Shown here: in pieces, positions 18,879 to 32,000 of the stretch
Layout of the letters: every line of letters begins with the position of its first letter
Numbering within the stretch: position 1 is the stretch's first letter
NCBI GenBank assembly: GCA_021498095.1
Contig: JAIZWK010000001.1
Span: 360,001 to 392,000 of the forward strand
DNA from: Candidatus Harpocratesius repetitus
Lineage (GTDB): Archaea; Asgardarchaeota; Lokiarchaeia; Sigyniarchaeales; Promethearchaeaceae
Direction of reading: 5' to 3'
Length of the DNA: 32,000 nt
Program-made: the position numbers and the translations under genes
Notes under the pieces: model-generated
The model's database searches: none
Seen by the model: only the letters and a program-made list of their open reading frames with translations
What the model was told of the DNA's origin: nothing

Positions 18879-20960
18879 ATGAAATATATCATGAAAAATA
18901 AATGGCAAATCTTCATTATTTTATGCATATTAGGAATAGGAAGTATGACCCCTCTTTTTTCTTTCTTCTTTTCTTTCCAAATGCACGATTCAAATTTGAC
19001 ATTGCAGTCAGAACCGAAAAAGGGAGACTGTATTCCCGCCGATGCGAACCCCGAAAGTTTTATTTCCGTGTGGAACACTGCTTTACACAGCGGAGGATCA
19101 AGCAATGACAATCAGATAAGATTACCTTTGGAATCTTCGGGTACGTACAACTTCACGGTGAACTGGGGCGATGGAACAAGTGATACAATCACCGTTTGGA
19201 ATCAGGCAGAAGTCACGCACACCTATTCTGCGGTTGGTAACTATACCCTAACCATTAACGGAACCGTTGTCGGATGGTGCTTTGATTTTGAGGGAGATAG
19301 ACTGAAAATAACGGAAATTTTGCAGTGGAGATCTTTAGAATTGGGAAATTCGGGCTGGTATTTTGCTGGATGCGAAAATTTGAATTTAACAGCCACCGAT
19401 TCTCCCAATTTAAGCGGAACAACTGATTTAAGCGGAACTTTTTGGGGTTGTAAGAAATTAGGCAGTAGTGGAAATATGAACTTTTGGAATGTTTCGTCTG
19501 TAACAAAAATGTACTGTATGTTTTGGGGGACCTTCTCGTTCAACCAAAATATTGGAAATTGGGATGTATCAAGTGTGACCGATATGGAACGTATGTTTCT
19601 GCATGCATATTCGTTCAATCAAGATATCGGAAATTGGGATGTGTCTTTTGTAACTAATATGTTTGGAATGTTTTGGGATGCTCATTCGTTCAATCAAGAC
19701 ATCGGCGGTTGGAATGTTTCAAGAGTAACGGATATGAGTGCAATGTTTTGGAGGGCTTTTTCGTTTGACCAAGATATTGGAGGATGGAACGTTTCCAAAG
19801 TGACTGATATGTATCGTATGTTCAGTGAAGCAACTTCTTTTAATCAAGATATTGGAAGATGGAATGTATCGGCTGTTTGGAATATGGGCGGTATGTTCGA
19901 AGGGGCTTCGGCATTTAATCAGGATATAGGTAATTGGGATGTATCCAGTGTAACTGATATGTATTGGATGTTTGATGGTGCTTCTTCATTCAATCAAGAT
20001 ATAGGCAGTTGGGATGTATCAAGCGTGACCAGTATGGATTGGATGTTTGGAAATGCTTTTGCATTCAATCAAGATATCGGAAATTGGGATGTATCAAATG
20101 TGATATCCATGGGTGCCATGTTCTCTGGAGCTTCTTCATTCAATCAAGATATTGGTAAATGGAATTTGCGTAATGTTCTTTATATGCCCGAAATGTTCAA
20201 AAATGCGGCATCTTTCAACCAGAATATCAGTGCATGGCATACAACTTTGGTGGAAAATATGTGGTGTATGTTCGCCAATGCTACTTCATTTAATCAGGAT
20301 ATTAGCGGTTGGAACGTTCATATAGCGGGAAATATGAATTATATGTTCGCCAATGCCAGTTCATTCAATCAAGATTTAAGCACCTGGAATACCGGTTCTG
20401 TAAAAAGGATGAAATGTATGTTTGATGGCGCATCTTCATTCAATCAAGATATCAGCGGTTGGGATGTTTCTTCCGTGATCGATATGAGTTACATGTTCCG
20501 TAATGCCAGCTCATTCAACCAAGATATCAGCAGTTGGGATGTTTCGGCCGTTACAGATATGAGCCACATGTTCGATGGAGCTTCAGCTTTCGATCAAAAC
20601 CTCGGTAGCTGGAATGTATCATCGGTGACCGATATGAAAGGGATGTTTCGTGGTATAAAATTGTCAACGGCAAATTATGACAGCATTTTACAGCATTGGT
20701 CGAAATTGCCTCTACAGAGTAACGTTTCATTTGATGCGGGAAATTCGCAGTACAGCAAATCCGCAGTCGAGGCTCGACAGTATATTGTTGGTACTTTCGG
20801 ATGGAATATTACCGATGGCGGTTTTACGGAAAAAGAACCGGGAACAAACCAAATTTCAGGGTATCCGATCTTCATCTTTATGTGCTTTTTTGCCGTATTG
20901 ATTGCAGTTTTAGGAAAAAGGTTCGAAATATCACCGTCCATTCCCAAATCCGTTCAATAA
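18879..20960 (+). CDS. DUF285/BspA-type repeat surface protein with an N-terminal PKD-like domain and a Loki-CTERM-like tail
   Basis: Signal-like N-terminus (start ATG 18879 or 18891; ORF track 18822). PKD-like NFTVNWGDG...[14 protein letters not shown]. 25-aa repeats WxVSxVTDMxxMFxxAxSFNQDIGx. C-terminal ISGYP + TM + KR. Confidence 0.93.
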   Translation: MKYIMKNKWQIFIILCILGIGSMTPLFSFFFSFQMHDSNLTLQSEPKKGDCIPADANPESFISVWNTALHSGGSSNDNQIRLPLESSGTYNFTVNWGDGTSDTITVWNQAEVTHTYSAVGNYTLTINGTVVGWCFDFEGDRLKITEILQWRSLELGNSGWYFAGCENLNLTATDSPNLSGTTDLSGTFWGCKKLGSSGNMNFWNVSSVTKMYCMFWGTFSFNQNIGNWDVSSVTDMERMFLHAYSFNQDIGNWDVSFVTNMFGMFWDAHSFNQDIGGWNVSRVTDMSAMFWRAFSFDQDIGGWNVSKVTDMYRMFSEATSFNQDIGRWNVSAVWNMGGMFEGASAFNQDIGNWDVSSVTDMYWMFDGASSFNQDIGSWDVSSVTSMDWMFGNAFAFNQDIGNWDVSNVISMGAMFSGASSFNQDIGKWNLRNVLYMPEMFKNAASFNQNISAWHTTLVENMWCMFANATSFNQDISGWNVHIAGNMNYMFANASSFNQDLSTWNTGSVKRMKCMFDGASSFNQDISGWDVSSVIDMSYMFRNASSFNQDISSWDVSAVTDMSHMFDGASAFDQNLGSWNVSSVTDMKGMFRGIKLSTANYDSILQHWSKLPLQSNVSFDAGNSQYSKSAVEARQYIVGTFGWNITDGGFTEKEPGTNQISGYPIFIFMCFFAVLIAVLGKRFEISPSIPKSVQ
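19485..20648 (+). repeat. Intragenic 75-bp (25-aa) tandem array, 15 full units plus 1 partial
   Basis: Trp codons recur every 75 nt from 19485 to 20610. Confidence 0.92.
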
Positions 20961-20964
20961 CTAC

Positions 20965-20973
20965 TTTTTTTTT
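20965..20973 (+). terminator. Putative archaeal oligo-T terminator of the DUF285 gene
   Basis: T9 run beginning 5 nt after the stop codon. Confidence 0.4.
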
Positions 20974-21271
20974 AGTTTGCATCTTAATACATGCACAGAT
21001 GCGATTCCACACAATGTTGTATTTATAATAACTTGGTTTTGGGCTTTCTCGGACGACTTATCAAAATAAAACAAAACTATCAAGTGATTTAAAATTGTCG
21101 AAAATTAACTAAATTTAATTGATATATGTAAATATACATGTATTAAAGAATTTGATAGCAGTAGTATCTATAATATCAATCACATAAATCTGAATTAACA
21201 AAATTTTATGATTTTCTGTTAAAAGAACGAACAAATTCTAATATGGAGCAAAAATTTAGTCAAGAGAAATC

Positions 21272-24800
<3,529 letters not shown>

Positions 24801-24889
24801 TCACAATTATCATGTATTATTTACTTTTAAAAGTATATTTTAAATTTGCTATAACCTTTTTTTTTTATTCCAATTAATGTGCATTTCAA

Positions 24890-25885
24890 CTATTCACTGC
24901 TAAGTTGATAACTAAGTGGATAATGTTCCAGGGAAAAACAACGCCATTTTTTGAAATGTATAGGTAATCTTCCATGTTTGAGAAAATCATCATGCCATTT
25001 TTGAGGAACAGGAAGATCACGATATAATTCATTTCGAAGTGCTTCCAATGGGGCACGTTGATATCCCATATAATCAGCTGCAGTCATAATGTGAGATTTA
25101 GACATTTCACTCACTTTATTCAAACGATCAACAAAATCAATTCCATATTGTGAACGAATAACATGGTGATCAATAATAATTTCTGGAATGAAATCTGCCA
25201 ATTTAAGCGCGTTTTTCCAAGCAATCTCTTCTAATTTTTGCCTACTTTTTTTTACTTGATATAAATACAATGGCGGACCAGCCACATAGAGAATTGTCGG
25301 CTTCCAGTCAAGAATAATGTCAATTGTGTGTGAATCCAATAATTGAATGTCAGATCCGAATACAAACACATCATTATCATCGACAATTCGAACCATCATT
25401 ACTGAATTGAGAAAAGATGACGATTTTTGAGCATATCCATGGGGAACAGATTCTGAAAACTGCAAATTATTGAAAGATTTCCCTTCGGGGTTTATAAAAT
25501 CGCATCCTAACATATTTTGTAGTTTTTTTCTTCTATAACGGCTTGTTTTGGAAGTATTTTCAGGACTTTTTACCCATAATTTAGCAGATTTTAAAGGTTC
25601 AATCACAGTAGAAGCGGATAATTGAACTAAATCTGCTTCGACCATAGGATGATGATCCCCGTGGAAATGCGTGATTATTATATCACTAGCATTTTGCATT
25701 TCGTTGATGATTCTTGAACGCAAAATATAAGATATTTCAATTTGAAAAGGATGGGGAAGCAATTTTTTTCGACCTTGGTCTAGTGCCAATCCTGGATCAA
25801 TTAAAATTTTTTGAGATTTGGTTTCCACCATGCAAGCCATACTTCGCACTCCCAAAGATTCAGCAGCCAAACAACTAATATTGAT
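24890..25885 (-). CDS. UPF0282-like metallo-beta-lactamase-fold hydrolase
   Basis: AAESLGVRS, LIDPG, IIITHFHGDHHP, VFGSDIQ, GPPLYL and IIDHH match UPF0282/MBL motifs. No in-frame ATG exists; the start is either TTG 25870 or ATC 25885. Confidence 0.82.
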   Translation of the reverse strand: MNISCLAAESLGVRSMACMVETKSQKILIDPGLALDQGRKKLLPHPFQIEISYILRSRIINEMQNASDIIITHFHGDHHPMVEADLVQLSASTVIEPLKSAKLWVKSPENTSKTSRYRRKKLQNMLGCDFINPEGKSFNNLQFSESVPHGYAQKSSSFLNSVMMVRIVDDNDVFVFGSDIQLLDSHTIDIILDWKPTILYVAGPPLYLYQVKKSRQKLEEIAWKNALKLADFIPEIIIDHHVIRSQYGIDFVDRLNKVSEMSKSHIMTAADYMGYQRAPLEALRNELYRDLPVPQKWHDDFLKHGRLPIHFKKWRCFSLEHYPLSYQLSSE

Positions 25886-25949
25886 ATATTTATCCCCCTT
25901 TTTTTCTATAATACAAAATTTTTTTTGGATGTTAAATATATTGTACTCA

Positions 25950-26249
25950 ATGTCAGATCAAACCACACTAGAATTTACAGTCAAGCTATACGGTCCTTTT
26001 TATTCCATGACGCGTAAAAAATCCGTTTCTTTTACATCTGACCATGGTTTACCCACCGTAAAGGAAATGTTACAAAAAGTGGTTGAAATCTTTCCAAAAT
26101 TGAAAGATTATATTTTTGAAGACGGTCATCTGGCGGAATTTACCACTATTGTTATCAATGGAGAATTAGTTTCTGAAAATGAGTGGGATACAATGCACAT
26201 TCACCCTGAAGATCGAATTTCTCTTTTCAAAGGGCAACATGGCGGGTAA
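25950..26249 (+). CDS. MoaD/ThiS/SAMP-type ubiquitin-like beta-grasp protein
   Basis: 99 aa from ATG 25950: VKLYGPF, TVKEML, IVINGE, HPEDRISLF and C-terminal GG. The 143-aa ORF-track version overlaps the divergent gene, so the later start was chosen. Confidence 0.88.
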   Translation: MSDQTTLEFTVKLYGPFYSMTRKKSVSFTSDHGLPTVKEMLQKVVEIFPKLKDYIFEDGHLAEFTTIVINGELVSENEWDTMHIHPEDRISLFKGQHGG

Positions 26250-26418
26250 TTTTGCAATTTATTTTATTCTAGCATCATTAAATCTTTTTATTGTTATTCT
26301 TTTCATTTTATATTAAATCAAAGTGAAAAAGCTTTTGTGATTTTTTCTTGTTGAATTTTTAACAATTTTGATCAACAAAAAGGGAAATCTTTTAGAAATT
26401 TATCTTCTTGATTTATAT

Positions 26419-26859
26419 ATGGCTAATGACGCGGAAAAGGAATTAAAGAAATTAATTAAGGCAAAAACCAATAAAAAATCAGACCAAATTTGTATTGTGG
26501 TAAAAATTAGGGATGCAGTTGACATTGTTGACTTGCAGATCAAAGAAGAAGCCGAGGGAATCTTTAAAGTACGCGTTCATTCCACTAATGAAAAATATCC
26601 TAAATGGTATACATATGGTTATTTTATTGATGTAAAAAATCTGCGTTTGAATTATAGTGATATTAAAAACCGTAAACAGATACAAGATATTTTGTCAAAT
26701 CCTAATTTTGTTGTTCATAAACCTACTAAACAATTGTTAGATCGCTTTGAGAAGGATTTTGGTGGAGTAATCCCTGATGGAATGGGAAAATTATTCTGGC
26801 GCACAGAGCGATTTAAAAAGAAGAAAGACCCTTTCAAAGTAAAAATGAAAGCTATGTAA
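26419..26859 (+). CDS. Hypothetical basic protein
   Basis: 146-aa Lys-rich ORF from ATG 26419 (ORF track TTG 26368) with normal codon bias; no family recognised. Confidence 0.7.
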   Translation: MANDAEKELKKLIKAKTNKKSDQICIVVKIRDAVDIVDLQIKEEAEGIFKVRVHSTNEKYPKWYTYGYFIDVKNLRLNYSDIKNRKQIQDILSNPNFVVHKPTKQLLDRFEKDFGGVIPDGMGKLFWRTERFKKKKDPFKVKMKAM

Positions 26860-26975
26860 AAATCGTGTTAAAATCCATATTTATTAATTTTTACTTCAAT
26901 GCTATAGAAATATATTCTAATTTAAAAGATATATTTTGATATACCTATTTTTCTATTTTAGCGTAAATTTTAAGA

Positions 26976-29900
26976 ATGCTTACTTCATCTTTTAGATGGA
27001 GAATGATGGAGAACGAACCTTTTAACCGTGCACGGGTAAAAATGCAGTTTTGGAAATCCAGCTTTTTAGATTTGTCATTTCGCAACGATCAGCTAAATTT
27101 TAACCCATATGCTAAAGATGTAATTGAAGTAATTCATCAAGATAGTTCTGCGCTTTTTAAAATTTTATTAATCATGCAACAGACATTTTCATTTCCATCA
27201 GTATACAGACCTCCTAAAAGAAAAACTAAAGCAAAAGTTTCTTCAGATACACCTCCATCCCCTGATCTTGAGATTACGATTATACCGAAACAAATTCAAG
27301 GAAAATTAAATGCAAAACATATCCGAGCATTAAATAAAAAAAGTAAAGATTTACGACTAACGGAATTGCTTACTTATGAAACAGATCCGAATTTGATAAA
27401 GAAAATTCAAAAACTCCGAAATAAAACAGAAGAGATGCTAGAAGAAAGGGGAATAAACACATTATTTTTAACTTTGGGACTGTTACATTGGCAAAATTCG
27501 CAAGATAAGAAAAATTATATGTCACCTATAATGTTTATCCCAGTTAGCCTATCAGTAAATCCACCTGAATTGAATATTTTGGATGATGAAGTTATAATTA
27601 ATCCCGCTCTCAAAGAAAAATTACGCGATTATCGAATTAAAATCCCGAATTTCCCAGAAGAATTCAATACACGAACATTTATCAATTACTTTGAAGAAAT
27701 TGAGCAATTAATCCAAGATATGAAGGATTGGAAGATTGAACACCGAAATTTTATTTCAATATTTGCGTTTACAAAAGTTAATTTATTCGAAGATATCGAT
27801 GATCATGCAGATTTGCTGCTTTCTCATCCAATTATTAAAGCTATTGCCGAAGAAAAGGGATATAAAGAATCTTCAGAAAACTTACCCGATTTATCCTTAT
27901 TAGACGACAACTCGGATCCTAAGCACCAATTTACCTTATTAGATTGCGACTCCAGTCAAATGGAAGCAATACTTTATGCAAAATCAGGTTGCTCATTGGT
28001 AATTCAAGGCCCACCCGGCACTGGAAAATCGCAATGTATTACAAATATTATTGGAGAATGTTTAGCTGAAGGAAAAAAGGTTCTTTTTGTCGCTCAAAAA
28101 AAAGCAGCTCTTGATGTAGTTAAAAAACGGCTTGATTCTTGTGGAATTGGTGATTTCTGTCTGCAAGTGCATTCGCAAAATACGAATAAAAAAGAACTTC
28201 TTCAATCGATACAAAATACACTAGATAAGAATTTTCCCAAGAGATCTCTTTCTGAAAACAAATTCCATGATTTAATCCAATCTCGCCAACGATTAAATGA
28301 ATATGTGGAATTAATTAATCAACCTTTTGGAAAAATGCAGAAATCTTTATATCAAATTGTCGGGAAAATGCTTAAATTCAAGAATATCCCAAAAATAGTA
28401 GCTCCTTTTCGTGATCCAAATCATGTGAATTTAGAAGATTATACTTTTTTGAAAAATACATTTGGAGAATTGGATCAATTCCGAACAACTATGGAAAACT
28501 ATTCTAAAAATCCATGGTATTCAGCCAGAATAACACACCCATTGATATTATCAGGTGAATTGAAGGTTGTTTTAAAGAAAAGTCTTACTTCATTCCGAGA
28601 CTCAAATTTAACACTACAAGAGAATATCAGACGTTTCATTTTGAAATTTCCACCAAAATTTGATCAAAATCCTGATCTGATTACTGAATGGCAGCACAAG
28701 CAGGTGCAAATTAGATATTGGATTGAAGTAATGCATCTGTTATTCCCATTTTGGCTCGAAATGGAAGAAGGATATCAAGATCTTCGACAGTATTTTGATA
28801 TCGATAGTTTAATTGATTATCAAAAAATGAATTTTGATTCATTTCGTCAAATTTATAATGTATACCGTTCAGATAAAGAAGATTCTCGTAAATTTATTTC
28901 CAAAATTGAAAAAAAACTAAGATTATATGCCGATTCTCTACAAAAATTTCAAGATGTTTTAGCAGTATTCAATTTAAAATCATGTATCGCACCTATTCAA
29001 ACACTTGAGGAATTGAACGAAGTTAAAACTTTTTTCGATCGATTTTTACCGCGTGCATTATTGCTTCCAGTTGATATATTGATAACACGCTTTACAACAG
29101 ATTATTTATCTTGGAGAAAGCACTTATCTGCCGTTTACCGGGGAGATCGAAAGAAAATATTATTATGTCGAAGAAAAGGGCGCAAACATGCAAATCCGAT
29201 GGGTTATCTTAATCAGATAAAAGTATTCCAAGATAAATTTGGAAAACCGTACGATCATAGTCTTTCGGAAATTTCTGATATGATCACTGAATTTCATGTA
29301 CTATATTCTGAATGGGAGGCACTTTATGAATTAGAACAAGAATTATTACCATTTTTCCGAGTTTCCTATTTGCCATCAACTTATGAGCAATCTTTATGGG
29401 AGAAAAATCATATATTTGCTCAACAATGGTTGGATAATCTTCCCTATCTGAATGATTGGTTTGAAGTTCAAGTACGAGCAATTCAGATTGCTGATCTCGG
29501 ATTTTCAAGTTTATTTGAAGCTTTATTAGATGAACAGTTTTACATTCCAGGTGATCATACACCTATTAGTTATGAACTAATATTTCTTCACTCATTTTAT
29601 GCTAAATGGCTTGAAATTTTGACTGATAGCTTGCCGCCTATTGCAAATTTTGAACGAAATTTTCATGAAAAACATTTAAAGAAGTTTCGTGAGAGAGATG
29701 TCGAAGTACTGCAATTAAATCAAAAGCGTCTGGAAAAATTACTCGCTGATGCTCGTCCACAATCTGAATTTGATCTTTCTCCTGAAATTTTGACTCAAAT
29801 TGGTTATATTCGGAGAGAAGCAAAGAAGAAGCGTAATATTAAACCTTTACGGCACATATTTGGTGATGCTCAAGAGCTTATAACGAAAATTACACCATGT

Positions 29901-31304
29901 TTCTTAATGAGCCCACTATCAATTGCCAACTATTTAGACTTAGAAAAATATTATCGTTTTTTTGATGTGGTAATTTTTGATGAAGCTTCTCAAGTAACAC
30001 CAGAAGATGCAATAGGTGCTATAGCTAGAGGTAAAAGTTTAGTGGTTGTGGGTGATTCTGAACAACTACCGCCTACACAATTCTTTACTAGTAAAAAAAG
30101 TGATGATGATCTGGATGATTCTCTTGATAGTGAGATTCAAACAATGGAAAGTCTTTTGGATGAATGTACAGGAATTGGATTTCGGGAAAAAATGCTGCGG
30201 TTTCACTATCGTTCCAAGAAGGAAGGATTAATTGCATTCAGTAATTTTAATTTTTATAATGGAAAATTGTACAGCTTTCCTGATATTAGCAATTATAGAA
30301 AACGATCATCAAAAAGAACACAAATTAAAAATAAATTACCCGCTTCCACAAATTTAACTTCAAGAACCGAGAATTATACAGAAATTCATAATCTCCCAGC
30401 AATTGAATTTTGTCATATTCCCAAAGGCGTGAAAGATAAGGGTAAAAACCCAATTGAAGCAAAAGCCGTTGCTAAAGCAATCATTCAACATTATATTAAT
30501 AATCAAATCTCGCAAACACAATATTCATTAGGTGTTGTGGCTTTTTCCATAGTTCAACAAGCAGAAATTCAATCTGCACTGCAAAAAATATTGAAGAATC
30601 ATCCAGATGTTGAAGAATATATGAATACATCTCAAATTGAATCACTATTTATTAAAAATCTGGAAAATGTTCAAGGAGATGAACGTGATTTCATATTCTT
30701 CAGTATTGGTTATACACGGGATGCAAATGGATCATTTAGTTTAAATTTTGGTCCATTAAATCGAACAGGAGGATATCGTCGGTTAAATGTTGCAATAACC
30801 CGGGCGCGTTATCATATCAAGCTTTTTGCATCTTTTCTTCCTTCAGAAATTCCAATTGAGCGAGTAAAGGCAAGAGGGTTACGAGAATTAATTGCCTACA
30901 TGCATTATGCTCGAAATCAAACACTTCCTAAAATGATAACAACAAAAAATCAGAATATTCGAGACCTAATTGATGATGATTCATTAGAAGGAGATATTTT
31001 GGAATCTTTAAAAAATGAGGGATTTCAAGTGGTGCCAAAGGTAGGAATTTCCAATATTCGAATCGATTTAGCTATTGTTCATCCAAATGATCCAAATCGT
31101 TTTATCTTAGGTATTGAATGTGATGGAGGTTCTTATGCTGAAGCAGTTAATGCTCGTGATCGGGATAGAATTCGCTATAATGTTCTTACTGGGTTAGGAT
31201 GGGAGATTATACATGTTTGGACACCAGAATGGATAAAGAATAAACAAAAAGTAATTAAAAGAATAAAGCGAAAAATTACTTCCATCATGCACAAGGAACC
31301 ATAA
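26976..31304 (+). CDS. DUF4011 - SF1 (DNA2/NAM7/UPF1-like) helicase - Vsr-like/MTES_1575 nuclease fusion; Hhe-like putative antiviral protein
   Basis: N-terminal W-x-x-x-x-LDLSFRN and EERGINTLFLTLGLLHW (DUF4011). Walker A GPPGTGKSQ, Walker B IFDEASQ, FHYRS, KNLENVQGDERD, RRLNVAITRAR. C-terminal RIDLAI...LGIECDG...ARDRDR...LGWEIIHVW. Start may be 27003 or 27006. Confidence 0.9.
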   Translation: MLTSSFRWRMMENEPFNRARVKMQFWKSSFLDLSFRNDQLNFNPYAKDVIEVIHQDSSALFKILLIMQQTFSFPSVYRPPKRKTKAKVSSDTPPSPDLEITIIPKQIQGKLNAKHIRALNKKSKDLRLTELLTYETDPNLIKKIQKLRNKTEEMLEERGINTLFLTLGLLHWQNSQDKKNYMSPIMFIPVSLSVNPPELNILDDEVIINPALKEKLRDYRIKIPNFPEEFNTRTFINYFEEIEQLIQDMKDWKIEHRNFISIFAFTKVNLFEDIDDHADLLLSHPIIKAIAEEKGYKESSENLPDLSLLDDNSDPKHQFTLLDCDSSQMEAILYAKSGCSLVIQGPPGTGKSQCITNIIGECLAEGKKVLFVAQKKAALDVVKKRLDSCGIGDFCLQVHSQNTNKKELLQSIQNTLDKNFPKRSLSENKFHDLIQSRQRLNEYVELINQPFGKMQKSLYQIVGKMLKFKNIPKIVAPFRDPNHVNLEDYTFLKNTFGELDQFRTTMENYSKNPWYSARITHPLILSGELKVVLKKSLTSFRDSNLTLQENIRRFILKFPPKFDQNPDLITEWQHKQVQIRYWIEVMHLLFPFWLEMEEGYQDLRQYFDIDSLIDYQKMNFDSFRQIYNVYRSDKEDSRKFISKIEKKLRLYADSLQKFQDVLAVFNLKSCIAPIQTLEELNEVKTFFDRFLPRALLLPVDILITRFTTDYLSWRKHLSAVYRGDRKKILLCRRKGRKHANPMGYLNQIKVFQDKFGKPYDHSLSEISDMITEFHVLYSEWEALYELEQELLPFFRVSYLPSTYEQSLWEKNHIFAQQWLDNLPYLNDWFEVQVRAIQIADLGFSSLFEALLDEQFYIPGDHTPISYELIFLHSFYAKWLEILTDSLPPIANFERNFHEKHLKKFRERDVEVLQLNQKRLEKLLADARPQSEFDLSPEILTQIGYIRREAKKKRNIKPLRHIFGDAQELITKITPCFLMSPLSIANYLDLEKYYRFFDVVIFDEASQVTPEDAIGAIARGKSLVVVGDSEQLPPTQFFTSKKSDDDLDDSLDSEIQTMESLLDECTGIGFREKMLRFHYRSKKEGLIAFSNFNFYNGKLYSFPDISNYRKRSSKRTQIKNKLPASTNLTSRTENYTEIHNLPAIEFCHIPKGVKDKGKNPIEAKAVAKAIIQHYINNQISQTQYSLGVVAFSIVQQAEIQSALQKILKNHPDVEEYMNTSQIESLFIKNLENVQGDERDFIFFSIGYTRDANGSFSLNFGPLNRTGGYRRLNVAITRARYHIKLFASFLPSEIPIERVKARGLRELIAYMHYARNQTLPKMITTKNQNIRDLIDDDSLEGDILESLKNEGFQVVPKVGISNIRIDLAIVHPNDPNRFILGIECDGGSYAEAVNARDRDRIRYNVLTGLGWEIIHVWTPEWIKNKQKVIKRIKRKITSIMHKEP

Positions 31305-31322
31305 AAATTTAAATGCTACCAA

Positions 31323-31970
31323 ATGCAATCAATTTTTATGAATATTAAAGATTTTCTTCCCATGGATCCCGAAATTGAGCAAATGCACTACGATAAGAAG
31401 ACAGAAGATTCTCTTTCTAAATTACAATACTTAGAAGATGGGGTGCGTCGCTCAATAAAAGATTTGGCAAGTTCACTTAAAAAATCTTCAGAAGAATTGG
31501 AAAATCTTCTGCAGATCCAGCAAGAAAGTGAAAGAAATTACATACAACTTGTAAATCGCCATAGTGATCTGATTTCCAAAAACGATCTTGCTCAAATTAA
31601 GCAAGAAAACAAGCAAATCGAACTTCGTTTGAGCATTCAACAAAATATCAATAATGCTCTTTTAGATTTAGCAAATAACTATAAAGAATACTCAAAAAGT
31701 CTTAAAGAATTAGAAAAGATAATTGAAAAATTAAATAAAAAGCAATCTTCTTGGCGCGATGCTGCAGCAGAACTAGCAAAACTACGAGGTTCACAAATGG
31801 CATCAGGTGGGAAGTTAAATAAGGTTGAAAAAAAAATTGAATCAAAAAAAGCAGATGTTATTAAGATTCGTACAGAGATAAAGCACCGTCAATCATTTGT
31901 TGAAACGAATTTAAAGCACATTAATGAAACTTTACTCAAATTAAAAAATTCGATCAAGAATTTCGTATAA
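31323..31970 (+). CDS. All-helical coiled-coil protein, possibly BAR-like
   Basis: 215 aa with heptad-rich long helices; 18 bp downstream of the helicase-nuclease gene. Confidence 0.7.
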   Translation: MQSIFMNIKDFLPMDPEIEQMHYDKKTEDSLSKLQYLEDGVRRSIKDLASSLKKSSEELENLLQIQQESERNYIQLVNRHSDLISKNDLAQIKQENKQIELRLSIQQNINNALLDLANNYKEYSKSLKELEKIIEKLNKKQSSWRDAAAELAKLRGSQMASGGKLNKVEKKIESKKADVIKIRTEIKHRQSFVETNLKHINETLLKLKNSIKNFV

Positions 31971-32000
31971 ATAGCACCTTTGACTCTACTTTTTTATCAT

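Noticed and set aside
19485-20648. Regularly spaced repeats as a CRISPR array
   Set aside because: The 75-nt period lies inside an open reading frame with codon-position degeneracy; it is a protein repeat.
21085-21096. gtcgaaaatt as a third copy of the 285/816 inverted-repeat motif
   Set aside because: Only about 10 nt match in AT-rich DNA, which is expected by chance.
25818-25949. N-terminal extension of the Ubl ORF in the ORF track
   Set aside because: It overlaps the divergent UPF0282 gene; the beta-grasp fold begins after ATG 25950.

Overview
AT-rich archaeal chromosomal window, almost certainly from an Asgard archaeon of the Lokiarchaeia. This is inferred from a Lokiactin-type actin (17025-18170), a probable longin-fold protein, Loki-CTERM-like surface-protein tails, and DUF2299, UPF0282, MoaD/SAMP and DUF217-VapB/VapC genes. 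Housekeeping and metabolic genes (Maf, enoyl-CoA hydratase, HIT, lactate permease, GH2 beta-galactosidase) are mixed with accessory genes: a papain-family surface protease with FN3, a DUF285/BspA-type 25-aa repeat surface protein, a VapBC toxin-antitoxin pair and a DUF4011-SF1 helicase-Vsr-like (Hhe-type) putative defence protein. Four structures are not explained by ordinary annotation. (1) A gap-free 157-bp direct repeat (146/157 identical, 2669 bp apart) duplicates the 3' end of lacZ and brackets the GC-richer DUF285 gene, like a cassette inserted at a gene 3' end; no integrase is present in the window. (2) Two inverted paralogous 2-TM microproteins sharing EEIWNxRFCFADTRxVKExD flank a 7-TM gene and the surface protease. 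(3) A 36-bp inverted repeat sits in a 1.1-kb gene-free region. (4) LacZ carries three separate low-complexity insertions, each with a 12-nt period. No rRNA, tRNA, CRISPR array or transposase was seen. All family calls come from motif recognition by eye; no database searches were run.
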